A DNA stretch of 64,000 bases from Welwitschia mirabilis (lineage: Eukaryota), in NCBI GenBank assembly GCA_051453625.1, contig JBOZIK010000001.1, forward strand, positions 19,123,681-19,187,680, written 5' to 3'. Each line of letters opens with the position of its first letter. The first letter of the stretch is position 1. The notes beneath the pieces were generated by a model, which was not told the DNA's origin, ran no database searches, and was given only the letters and a program-made list of their open reading frames with translations. This document shows positions 1 to 11,265 of the stretch, piece by piece. The translations under genes were made by a program, and so were the position numbers.

Positions 1-1090
1 TAGGTTATTTCTACCATGAAATATCTGAGGAAGCAATAGACAAGTGTCTTGACAAGTTTGAGAAGAAGCCTATGTGCCAAGAGTTGTCTGTTGCTTCAGC
101 AGATATTAGATAACTCTATGATATGGTGCACCTATTATAAGATCTAGATCTTTCTTACTTTCTTGATATCTCAAGACCTACTTATCCTTTTCTCACCAGG
201 ATGTTTTAGAGCAATGCTTCTTTTGATTCTAATACTACTACCCTAGAAACCCTGGTTTTGGGGAAGAAGATGAGTGTTACTACAAACTACATTTATAGCA
301 TTACAAAACTCCCAAGAGGAGATTATAATGAGTTTTAACATCTTCATAACTTCATGGAAGAGAAGGTAGAAGTAATAAGAGATCTTCTTAGTAAGTTTCA
401 TAGGTAAAAAACCACCCTTCCTACTTCTTTCCTTACCCTAAAGTACTATTTCTTGCATTTAGTTTTTACCTATAATTTCTTGCCTTTGACAAGTCATTAT
501 GATGAGACCTCTAACTACAGGGTCTATTTGATGTATTTGGTAGGAACTAGACACTCTATTGATTCTCCTATCATAATGTTAGAAACTATGATCTCCCAGT
601 TGGAATATTATAGGGCTAGGGCTCTTTCCTATTCAGTGTTAAATGCTAGCATCTGTCACCTATATATAGTCTACTTGTATCTAAAGCTAGAAACCCTTAA
701 TCCTATGTTATCCATTGAGTGTATGACATTATCTCACATGCATATATTTGTAGGTTTAAAGAAATCCTTTAAATCTCTTTCTCCTAAGTGAGCCTTAGCA
801 GAAGAGAGTCTCTCATACCTGAGGAGGATAGACTCTCATACTAGGCATATGAAATAAGATCTGATTGCGGCTAGATATGAGATTGTTGATACTTATGAGA
901 AACTCAGAAGCTCTACACAAAAGGCAATTGAAGAATAAGAGGAAGAAGAAGAATAAGATTCTAAAATAAATAAGAGGAGGAATCTGAAGAATCTAACTAA
1001 TCTTCTCTTTCGATGTTGTGTTTTTTTTATTATTTATGCTTATTTTTCTTCTCTTCTTTGTCATTGATATCAAAGGGAAAGAAATAGTTA
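1..1090 (+). mobile_element. 3' portion of a degenerate Sirevirus-like (Ty1/Copia) LTR retrotransposon: extra 'env-like'/plant-transposon-protein ORF remnant plus PPT-like motif
   Basis: Stop-riddled reading frame containing PTYPFLTRMF*SN (cf. the YPxLVREFYAN motif of retrotransposon extra ORFs) and HLVFTYNFLPLTSHYD, with an acidic E-rich tail. It is followed by 'ctttgtcattgatatcaaagggaaagaa' (1056-1083), which resembles the Sirevirus PPT boxes seen in reverse at 42151-42390. Confidence 0.55.
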
Positions 1091-1479
1091 GTTGTTATTT
1101 AGCTTTTATCACATGATATTAATCTTTTCAGTGTTTTCAGTAGTACTTTTTAAGTTTTATCAGATATAATTTCTCTTAATGAGCACTCTAAAGAAAGACC
1201 TAGAATAAGAATTGGTCCATGAGAATTATTGATAAGCCTCAGTTTAGGATTTACATTAGTAAGAGATATTACCAGAATGAAGAATCTAGTAGTGAATAGG
1301 ATTGATAGATGGTTTGGAAAGGAAGCTATGTTGGAAAGCTTTTAGTTAAGGATGATTGAATTACTTTCCTTCATTTTATTGATAGTTGTAGTCATCTTGT
1401 TTGTCTTGTATAAGGCTCTTGATCTTTGGGAAAAGAAATAAGAAAAGATGTAGAAGTTACACAAACTAGTCAAACAAGC

Positions 1480-2030
1480 AGAACTGTGGTATGATATAGA
1501 ATCACAAGAAATCTATTTTCCTGATCGAAAAAGGTCAAATCTATATAAGGTAGATGATATAAAGAACATATGATGCAACATATCAAGCAATATAAGGTTC
1601 ATATGGATGTGTTAGGAGAAGGATTAAGACCTATTTTTCTTCCATTCTTCTCTAAAGATGATGTAAGACATTAGAAAGAGAAAAAAATATCATTCATTGC
1701 ACTTAGGAGAAATAAATATCATAGTACACCCAAAGTTTAACTATGATATTGGTGCGGAATACATGGTAGCATTGTTATATGTTCATCATTATGAATGGAA
1801 TAGAGCTTGGATAGGTCAATTTAAGGGATGCTTAGATAAAGACATTGTTTGCTACATACAACCAAACTTTCAGCTATCCTTATCAGATCCACACATAGCA
1901 AATGCTCTGGTTTCCTGTGTAGAAATCAAAGGAATACAGATGTTACCTTAATTTGTATACTGCTCAATTAGTTTACGATGCATTTTTTTATCTAACTTCC
2001 TCAATGTTTCTTAACTATAGATTACTGCAG
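1480..2030 (+). pseudogene. Caulimovirid 30K-family movement protein remnant
   Basis: YHSLHLGEINIIVHPKFNYDIGAEYMVALLYVHHYEWNRAWIGQFKGCLDKDIVCYIQPNFQLSLSDPHIANALVSCVEIKGIQMLP matches the caulimovirid MP core (HLGxIxI...PNFxxSLxDPxI...L...KG..M.P). Confidence 0.9.
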
Positions 2031-2959
2031 GAAGTAAGCTATCTAGTAAAAAGTAGAAACATTTTGGAGAAGGATTACATATCTCATCTGAAGAATTTCA
2101 AACTTCACATCTAATTATTGAAAAGATGCTAAATGGTAAATCTCAAGAGTTTGTTAAGAAATATTATGAGCAGTGCAATGGAAGCATTGAATTCTCAAAA
2201 ACTCCAAAAAGACATGCAAAAGAGTTAGAGAAATTAGACTCCAAACAATTAATCCCTCAAGCATCATAATCCAGCCAGAAACAAAAACTATCTTTGTTGG
2301 TAAAATCAACTTCATGGAAGATGACTTTATGGAAAAAATTAGAGGATCAATCGAATCCTACAGAGAATACCACACCTTTGACGATTCAGATAGTGAAGAC
2401 ATAGTAACTACTGATGACAAGCAAGATCCTACAAAGCTATCATGGAAAAATATACAGCTAAATGAATGGTTGCCAAAACAAAAATTCTACTATTCTCGCA
2501 ATAGCAAAGCTATAACAATAGCATATTATACTCATCTTCTTCAGCATTTAGTCAAGGATAAACAACCACAAAGAGATGAGATATGATAACTTAATTACTT
2601 AATTAGTTGGTCTGATAAAGCTTCAAGAAAATTAGATGTTACGCACTCTACTCTCAATAATCTTGAAGAACAAGGAAAAGAAACATACAGTACTAGGTCA
2701 GAACAGTCAAAAGAAAAAAGGACTCAATATACAATTACTAAGATAAGAAATTGGGAGATTGGAGAAGGAAGCAATTTTCCTACATAGATCAAAGGAGGAA
2801 TGAGTATATTTACAAAGCCATCAGAAATTCAAGAAATATGGAGGTAAAACACAGAAAGAGGAGAAAGATCAAAATTGAAGCAAAATATGTGTAAACAGAT
2901 GATGTGTAAAAACTGGTATGATGATACAGCTGATACCGAAGAAAGCTCTGAAATACATA

Positions 2960-3870
2960 TAATAAGAGGTAGAAGGCAAAGAACACCACGTAGACATCAA
3001 CCAAGGGCAAGAACCGAAAGACATCCATTTTATAGAGTGTCTGATGCTCAGCAAGAAGGTATTCAAGAAAGAAGCCTTTCAAGTATTCCTGTATTGAACA
3101 TGAATAATATTGAGATAGATGAATTAGTTCAAGTTGTCTTATCTTAGGCTAATGAAATATACTTCTTTGTCAATGTAAATAATTCAACTAAAAGAAAAAC
3201 TATAGAAGTTTCTTATCTAAGATTCTCAAGAACACTCAAATATTAGTGGTTTAATGTCGATGCAGCTCAAAAAAAATTTGCACTTGATCAAGGTATTACT
3301 CATATTACTAGAACCAGTCTTGTAGAATTTGTTGATGCTCAATCTTAAAGATTGAAGCAGTTAAAAATACAAGAAATTTTAAAAAGAAAACTGCTTTCAC
3401 TCGATTGTTTTGAAGAATATTCATGAGATTATATACATGACGTATCTAATCATGCACTCAATTATGATGTTATGTTTAAACATGCTTATCTTGCAAGTTT
3501 ACCACATGGATTAATAGGTATACTTAGCAAGCAGATGGAAAATGAGCAATTAAACATGCAAACTATTGCATTTGTAGTGCTAGTCAATTTAACTAGATGA
3601 GGCATCATGGATTCTGATCTACAAAGAGGTATATAGAAAGGTACCAAAGATATTCTGATCTCTTTAATATAAACATACAAGGAGGTTAATGCATTCTAAT
3701 ACCATCGAGCTCTCCAAGATACAAAGGCCGATACAAGCCAATTAAGAGACGTTGTACATACAAACCATACAAGTTTGCAAAACGAAGAAATACAAAATCT
3801 TAATGTACTCCAATATTCTGGACTTATCACAAAAAAGGACATTATACCAATCCGTGTCCTAAATGTGCTC
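2960..3870 (+). pseudogene. Caulimovirid capsid protein remnant with degenerate CCHC zinc knuckle
   Basis: Contains PVLNMNNIEIDE..., RFSRTLKY*WFNVD (cf. GFxGxLxxWW) and FKHAYLASLP. A K/R-rich stretch is followed by FWTYHKKGHYTNPCPK (~3816-3863; Cx2Cx4Hx4C-derived) and then an acidic tract. Confidence 0.75.
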
Positions 3871-4250
3871 CACAAGCAATTCGAAGTTTCAATATGCTCG
3901 ATGAATTTGATATTATTTCTTCTCAATTTGAGTTAGATCAGGCCATTCTAGAAGGTGCTGAACTGATTGAAATCGACTTTGATGAGATCAGTGACTTTTC
4001 TAATGAATCTCCATGCTCTAGTTCATCAGAATCACTCCAAGGTCATCATTTTTTATCTACAACTCAAACTTCTTCCCCACCACCAAGGAAAGAGACAATA
4101 ATGTATCAATCGTTTAAGTTGTAGACTCAAAAGACCCAAAAGCCTGAAGAAGAAGCAAAATCAAAGACTGTCATCAGAAATGAGGATCAAGATGATAAAT
4201 AAGTTGAAGAAATTTCTAGAATAATACTTACAGGTAAAAAGCTCAAGTTA

Positions 4251-4600
4251 GTGGTTATACCTGTAAAAGTTGAAAATAAACGTTGCAATGCTCTAGTAGA
4301 TACAGGTGCAACATTCAATTTTGCAAAGAAAGTTATTACTACAAGATGGATGAAATTACCTGATCCATACTCTATTAAGACAATGAATGGAACAAGATTA
4401 ATTGAATGGGTAGCTAAGGATGTAAAGATTTGGATTGCAGGAAAAAAGATGAAGATAAACTTCCTGGATATAGAAGGATCAAGCCATACAGTAGGAACAG
4501 GTATGTATCTTATTAAAGAAATATAACCTGTTACTATCTATCATAATAAGAACTAGTTCTATTACCAAGATAAACCAGTGACAGTACTACGACAAGAAAA
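4251..4600 (+). pseudogene. Caulimovirid aspartic protease remnant
   Basis: ORF 4251-4526: CNALVDTGATFNFAKK...W..LPDPYSIKTMNG, a retropepsin DTGA active site. Confidence 0.88.
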
Positions 4601-4664
4601 GAAGAAGATTGATAAGGTAGTTAATGCAGTTTAATATGAAAAGGTATTAAAGAAAATATCAAGA

Positions 4665-4912
4665 GTTGTTGCATTGAACATCACTTAGAAAAGTGGGATC
4701 AACATGGTATGCTAGCAGAAATTCCTTTAATCGATAATATTCCAGTTAAAAGCCCATTGATTAGACTTCCAAAGAAGATGAAGATGAATTAGAAAAGCAA
4801 GTTGAAGAATCTGTGGATAAATGATTAATTAGAATATCCACTTTAGTGTACTCTTTTGGAGTTTTTATTATCAGAAATTATTCAAAAATCAAAAGAGAAA
4901 AGGCAAGATTAA
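4665..4912 (+). pseudogene. Caulimovirid reverse transcriptase, N-terminal fragment (truncated)
   Basis: CCIEHHLEKWD...AEIPLIDNIPVKSP...EDEDELEKQVEESVDK*LIRISTLVYSFGVFIIRNYSKIKREKARL resembles the caulimovirid CxENPLxxW...EFxxQIxELL...LIRPSxSPxSSPAFxVxNHxExKRGKxR. It breaks off before VINYK. Confidence 0.85.
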
Positions 4913-5125
4913 CATGCTCAATTTTTTTCTTCCATTTGACCCTTTCATCAGTAGCCTTTACATCTGCAAGATAAATAAGCACTCTTTCTATCTCTTGATT
5001 AGCCTGATTAAGCTTTTCTTGATTAGTGAGTAGCAAGGATTGTTCAGAAATCTTTTCATATGCTTCTTGTATTTTATTAGAGTCAGAAAATAATTCATTA
5101 CATACCTTAAAATCTTGAGATTTTG

Positions 5126-6983
5126 CATCCAAATTTTTTACTATGAACTATAAACCCATACTTATCTATTCTCATTCACTTATTCTTAAAAACCATAAAA
5201 CTTGTCTTTAAGTGGGAGAGTATTATAATGTGAAACCAAAAATTTATATGCTTTTTTTCTTTTAATGGTATATTTTATCATTGACTCCTTTTAATATTTT
5301 GAAATGTAGTTATGTATAAATCACATTTAGGCGTGAAATAAAGTTAGAACAAAGAGGACTTGTTTAGACATCCTTAGAAGATTCTATAGGTTAACTAGCT
5401 TCTAAAGGTTTCTTCCCTAAAACTATCTTGAGGTTAGAAATATTTATAAGATATTCTTAGTTAATGCCTTTATCAATGATGACTTATGTATTTCAGTTTT
5501 AATAATCAATTAGTGTTGCATTGCATGTGGATATAAGGTTAAAAGAGTACTCAAGCTATGTTAAATTGTTCTTTATGGCATGTGTTTGCTACTACTTTAT
5601 TGATTTAATGTATTTTTGATTTCATTACAATCTTAACTCCAACAACCATATCTAATTGTATTTTGCCACAACTCCAAAGAGAAATATTATACTAACAGTT
5701 CCTTTGACAAATTTTTCATAAACCATTCACTAAAGACTTATGGATGGTTTTTTAAAGTCTAATCCAAGGAGAGAACAATCCATGTCAGTATACATATGAA
5801 GAGCATATATAGTTTACTATGATAAATATTAACACACTCAATGAAATATTCTAAAAGGATGAAATGTAAGTCAAGGAAGAAACTATGCTAATTTAAAAAG
5901 TTGAGCTTCAACCCCAATAGTGAAAAGAATTTTCTTATTTATTATTATCTTCTAGACATTTATTATGAGTTGATAAGGCCTTTTTCCCCCTCTAATTTGT
6001 ATTGGTAGTTTTACTAAACATGTTATAAAATTTAATAGTTGTATATTAAACTGAATTGTGTAGTAGGATTTGTCATTCCATTAAGCCTGTAACCTATTTG
6101 AGAAGTGTTTAATCTGGGACATTGTGACTTTGTCTTCAAATTTCATGTAACCTAGGATGACTACTGTATAAACTTAAATAGTTGTAAATTTTGGTATCCT
6201 TTTTTTATGTTTCATTTCTATGTAATTCTGTTACTTGATTCTAATACCTTCAATGTAAACTTCAAACTACAAACTGAATTCTTCTTCTATTTGCTATCCT
6301 CGATTTATGGCTTATGGTGATTTTTAGTTTATTTTAAAATCATATTTGAAGTGATTTTCATTTTTCAAACTGTGATTTTTGTCTTGTAAATTTCATTAAG
6401 TATTATTTAAGGAGAATGTTTTTAAATGTTCAATTGCATTGAAAATTTGGAACATAGGGAAAATCTTCATTGTGCCTAACAAAAGTTATTTACACTGTTC
6501 TCATTTTTCATTATGTATCTTAATTTTTAATCATTTCTTTTCATTGTCAGACCTATGGATGAGAACTCCAAGAAGCTTATGAATGTTGTTTGAAATATAA
6601 AAGAACTTGAAAGAAGGCTGAAATCACCCAGGTACCAAGATTGTTGTTTCTCTAATAGGTAATTCTATTTGCATTTTTCTAGTACATGATTACTTTTTTC
6701 CTTTTTTGTAGGCTTGGGATCTTTATTATCATGTCTTCAAACACATTAACAAGCAACTACCTAGTCTAACTGCACTAGAATTACATGTAATGAATTTGAA
6801 TTAATCAAAGCTAGTAATGTTGGAAATTAGGATTGCGTTTATGTACTATAACTTGGTTTCAGATTTAGTGTGTTTAACCTAATTTAGTAACTACTCATAA
6901 CATGGAGCTAGTAGTATTAGGCACTTATCAGACAGGTTATTTTTATTAGGCAAATTACTAATGGTGTAACTGTTGCTATGCTA
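5126..6983 (+). repeat. Copy 1 of ~1.9-kb diverged direct duplication (gene-fragment cassette)
   Basis: Collinear with 7084-~8985 from 'cat(c/t)caaatttttt(t)actatgaactataaacccatac' onward. It has scattered substitutions and indels and ends at the 100-N gap. Confidence 0.9.
6551..6786 (+). pseudogene. TOR: Captured TOR kinase fragment (two exons, FRB-domain C-terminus), copy 1
   Basis: Exon 6551-6631 TYG*ELQEAYECCLKYKRT*KKAEITQ and exon 6712-6786 AWDLYYHVFKHINKQLPSLTALELH, with AG/GT splice sites. Matches plant TOR ...ELLEAxECC..YK.TGKDAELTQAWDLYYHVF+RIDKQL.SLTTLDL. Confidence 0.92.
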
Positions 6984-7083
6984 NNNNNNNNNNNNNNNNN
7001 NNNNNNNNNNNNNNNNNNNNNNNNNNNNNNNNNNNNNNNNNNNNNNNNNNNNNNNNNNNNNNNNNNNNNNNNNNNNNNNNNNN

Positions 7084-8985
7084 CATTCAAATTTTTTACT
7101 ATGAACTATAAACCCATACTTATCTATTCTCATTTACTTATTCTTAAAAACCACAAAACTTATCTTTAAGCAGGAGAGTATTACAATGTGAAACCAAAAA
7201 TTTTATGCTTTTTCCTTTTAATGGTATATTTTATCATTGAATCCTTTTAATATTGTGAAAAGTAGTTATGTTATAAATCATCTTTAGATGTGAAAATAAA
7301 GTTAGAACAAAGGGAACTTGTCTAGACATCCTTAAAAGGTTCTATAGATCAACTAACTTCTAAAGGTTTCTTTCCTAGAACTATCTTGAGGTTATGAAGA
7401 TTTATAAGATATTCTTGCTTAATGCCTTTATCAAAGATGACTTATGTATTTTAATTTTAATAATCAACAAGTGTTGCATTGTACATGGATATAAGATTAA
7501 AAAAGTATCCAAGCTATGTTAAATTGTTTTTTATGGCATGTGTTTGCTAATCCTTTGTTGATTTAACGTATTATTGATTTCATTGCAATATCAACTTCAA
7601 CAGTCATATCTAATTGTGTTTTGCTGTAACTCCAAAGAGAAATATTGTGCCAACAGTTCCTTTGACAAATTTTCAATAAGCCATCCACTAAAGACTTATG
7701 GCTGGTTTTTTAAAGTCCAATCCAAGGAGAGATCAATCCATGTTATGCTACATCTGAAGAGCATATAGAGTTCATTGTGATAAATATTGACACACTCAAT
7801 GAAGTATTCTAAGAGGATGAAATGCAAGTTAAGGAAGAAACTATGCTGATTTAAAAATTTAAGCTTCAACCCTAATAGTGAAAGGGTTTTACTTATTCAT
7901 TATCATCTTCTAGACATTTATTATGAGTTAACAAGACCTTTTCCTCCCTCTAATTTGTCTTGGCAATTTTACTAAATATGTTATGAACTTTAGTAGTTAT
8001 GTATTAAACTGAACTGTGTAGTAGGATTTGTCATTCCATTGAGCATACAATCTATTTAATAAGTGTTTAAAATTGAGAATATAACCTATTTGAGAAGTGT
8101 TTGATCTTGGACATTGTGACTTTTTTTTCAAATTTCATGTAACTTAGGTTGACTACTGTATAAACTTAAATAGTTATGAATTTTAGTATTCTTTTTTTTT
8201 TGGTGTTTCATTTCTATGCAATTTCGTTACTTGATTCTAATACCCTTAATTTAAAATTCAAACTACAAACTGAATTCTTCTTCTATTTGCTATTCTTAAT
8301 CTATGTATTATGGTGATGTTCAGTTTATTTTAAAATGGTCATATTTGAAGCGATTTTCGTTTTCCAAACTGTGATTTTTGTTTTGTAAATTTTATTAAGT
8401 ATTATTGGAGGAGAATATTTTCAAATGTTCAATTGCATTAAAAATTTAGAACATAGAAAAAATCTTGATCTTTCTTGACAAAAGTTATTTATACTATTCT
8501 CATTTTTCATTATGTATCTTAATTTTTGATCATCTCTTTTCATTGTTAAGCCTATGGACAAGAACTCCAAGAAGCTCATGAATGTTGTTTGAAGTACAAA
8601 ATAACTTGAAAGGAGGCTAAAATCACTCAGGCACCAAGATTTTTGTTTCTCCAGTAGGTAATTTTATTTGCATTTTTCTGGTACATGATTGTTCTTTTCC
8701 TTTGTTGTAGGCTTGAGATCTTTCTTATCATGTCTTTAGGCACATAAACAAGAAACTACCCAGCCTGACTACACTAGAATTGCATGTAATGAATTTGAAT
8801 TAATTAAAGATACTAATGTTGTGAATTAGGATTGCATTTGTACATGTATAACTTGTTTTCAACTTTAGTGTATTCCACTAGATTTAGTAACTACTTATAA
8901 CATGGAGCTAGCAGTACAAGGCACTTATTAGATAGGTTAGTTTTATCAAGTAGGTTAGTGATGATGTAGCTGCTATTGTGCTGGT
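7084..8985 (+). repeat. Copy 2 of ~1.9-kb diverged direct duplication
   Basis: Collinear with 5126-6983. Sequence continues into further thiolase exons. Confidence 0.9.
8550..8785 (+). pseudogene. TOR: Captured TOR kinase fragment (two exons), copy 2
   Basis: 8550-8630 AYGQELQEAHECCLKYKIT*KEAKITQ; 8711-8785 A*DLSYHVFRHINKKLPSLTTLELH. Confidence 0.9.
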
Positions 8986-9261
8986 TAGTGGAAAGAAAGT
9001 TATGGAGCTGGGATTAAAAGGATTAGCCAAGATTATTGAATACTCTGATGCCACAAAGGTGAATTTTAATTCATTAGTGTTACATATGAAAGATTATCTA
9101 ATAAACTCAATTAAGAATTAATGTTAACATATGTTATATTTTTGACTTAGGCTCTTGAATTATTCACTACTACACTTGCACTTACCATACTAAAAGATGT
9201 CTCTAAATCTGGATTGGAATCTTCACAAATAGATTATTATGAGATAAATGAAGCCTTTTTT
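8959..9261 (+). pseudogene. Captured acetyl-CoA C-acetyltransferase (acetoacetyl-CoA thiolase, AACT) fragment, two exons
   Basis: Exon 8959-9058 DDVAAIVLVSGKKVMELGLKGLAKIIEYSDATK and exon 9151-9261 ALELFTTTLALTILKDVSKSGLESSQIDYYEINEAFF, with GT/AG intron boundaries. Carries the thiolase SDGAAA..LVS and YEINEAF motifs. Confidence 0.92.
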
Positions 9262-10989
9262 GTAAGTCCCTCCACATATTCATTGAATACTTACTTTGAA
9301 AAGCAAGTGTGTGCATAAAGTGGAGTCCTTCTTTGTAATTTTCTTTTATTATGTGTATGTCTAATTGATTGACGCCTTGCAATGGAATAAATATTTCATT
9401 AATAGTTCACTAGCTTATATGTTTAATTAATTTTCTTAAATAGAATAAATGTTGTAGTGAGAATCTTAATGTTTTCCTTGATATCCTTTTCTAGTAAAAG
9501 CCTTCACCCAATTAAAACTATTCAGTTGTTTCGACATTGGATAGCAATCAAGTCATGACATAATGATTAAACTTAAAGACTAAACATAGTCCCAATTCAA
9601 TTCATTTATTTAATGATAAAAAAGTTTTCCTTTTTTTGATTTTCTTATTTATCTCCATATAGATATATTACCAATAACCACAACTCTTACTAAAACAATC
9701 TATATTTAATTAATCTTTAATTACATAATTATAATTTTTCTAGCAAGAAAATTTTATAACATTGCTGTTATTATATTTTATTATTTTACTTGATTAATGT
9801 TAATAAAACTAAAGCATATAATCAAGTAGTTGAATAAGTATTACTTTGATCATATTTATATCATACTTCTACCACAAAAGAGACTTAGATCATGATACAT
9901 AAAATCAAATGATCCTGTACTTGAGATTTCTTTCCACAGTGGTCTAACTTCTTGTAAAACACTAGGCATGATATGATTTATGATTGATCATACTACAACA
10001 TCCTGCTATCCAAAACAGTGACAGCTTTTTAATGCTAGGACTAACTGACCTTGTCATTGTGACACTTAAATTGTATATCTAATAATAAGCTAGAAAGTAT
10101 TGATTCATTTGTTTGATGAATTTAAAATCTGTTTATCAACTCTTTATCCTAAGGAATGTCCTTCTAATGTGAGCCCAGAAAAATAGGTAACTAGCAATAT
10201 ATTCCTTTAATGGAGTATCCCATGGTGTCCTCTATGATTGATGCAACCTAGTTTTATTGGCAACAATCCCTTTAATTATTCTTTGTGCACTAATATAATA
10301 CATCATATAAAAACACATAGAAGATCAAACAATGTATCCCACTTTGCATAAAGAATACATTAAGTATAGACTCTACATCCTTCCATTGCTCAACGGCAAA
10401 CAGAACAAGCTAATGCATTCAAATTTGCCTCTATGATACTCAACAGAACACTAACATCCTCTTTAAATTCACAAGAAGAAGAGGCATTGATTTCAAACAT
10501 TAATGATTAAGATGTATCACCATCAAAGACCTGCAGATCTTAGATGTTATAATCATGTCTTAATTATATTTATCTTAAGTAAGCCTCTTTGTTTATAATC
10601 ATGTCAAGTTTTACNNNNNNNNNNGGCAATTTGGGGCTTCACTTTTTTGGATTCCTATGGGTATGTCTTAGACTATTTTAACCCTTTCTCATTTTGGGGA
10701 CTATATGTAGAATCCTAATTATCTAAAAAATTCTTAACTATATTTATCTTGAGTAAGCCTCTTTGTTTATAATCATGTTAAGTTTTACTTTAGTAAATTG
10801 GCATGCTTCAAATGATTGCATAAGATCTTCCTATGGGCATGCTCATAGAATTTCTTTCAAAAACGTGTCTTCTATGAAGTACCTGATAAATTACATTAGT
10901 AGTACTAATATTTTATTCTAAGTTTATTTATCTTAAGACCTAGTGCTGCTTAAAATCCTAGCTTATTTTATAAATTTTTTCCACAGGTG

Positions 10990-11265
10990 ATGCCTTTTGA
11001 GGTGTTTATTTCATAAAATACCCCAAAAGGTGGGCTTTTAAGCCTTTTTGAGGAGGCTTTTTTTTCAAAAAATGCTTTAAAAGGCATTTTTAGGCTTTTT
11101 TTTAAGAAACGCTTTAAAAGCCTTTTGAGGCTTTTTTTTCCAGAAATGCCTTAAAAGGCCTTTTAGAGGCATTTTTACTAAAATACCTTGGAAATTTCTT
11201 AAAAGCTAATTAGCTTTTAAGGTAATATTTTTTAAAGTGTTTTGTAAAGAAACAAGTTAAAAGTG
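10990..11265. repeat. Array of short inverted/direct repeats resembling CACTA subterminal repeats
   Basis: Repeated 'ccttttgagg(c)...' / '...gcc(t)ttaaaagg' palindromic units. No clean CACTA/TAGTG terminus was found. Confidence 0.55.

Larger units (their letters stand above)
1352..4912 (+). mobile_element. Endogenous caulimovirid (plant pararetrovirus) remnant, MP-CP-AP-RT(5' part), degenerate
   Basis: Collinear 30K movement-protein core, capsid-like region with CCHC knuckle, DTGA aspartic protease and RT N-terminus. This is the Caulimoviridae gene order. No integrase or LTR is seen. Many stops and frameshifts. Confidence 0.92.

Noticed and set aside
1150-1350. Caulimovirid tRNA-Met primer-binding site
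   Set aside because: No recognisable TGGTATCAGAGC match upstream of the MP.
6551-9261. Functional TOR or thiolase gene
   Set aside because: Only two exons of each are present. The TOR exons have in-frame stops and the thiolase exons have substitutions at conserved residues.
10561-10790. ~50-bp duplication on either side of a 10-N gap
   Set aside because: Short and gap-adjacent. Likely a local assembly overlap or minor tandem duplication.
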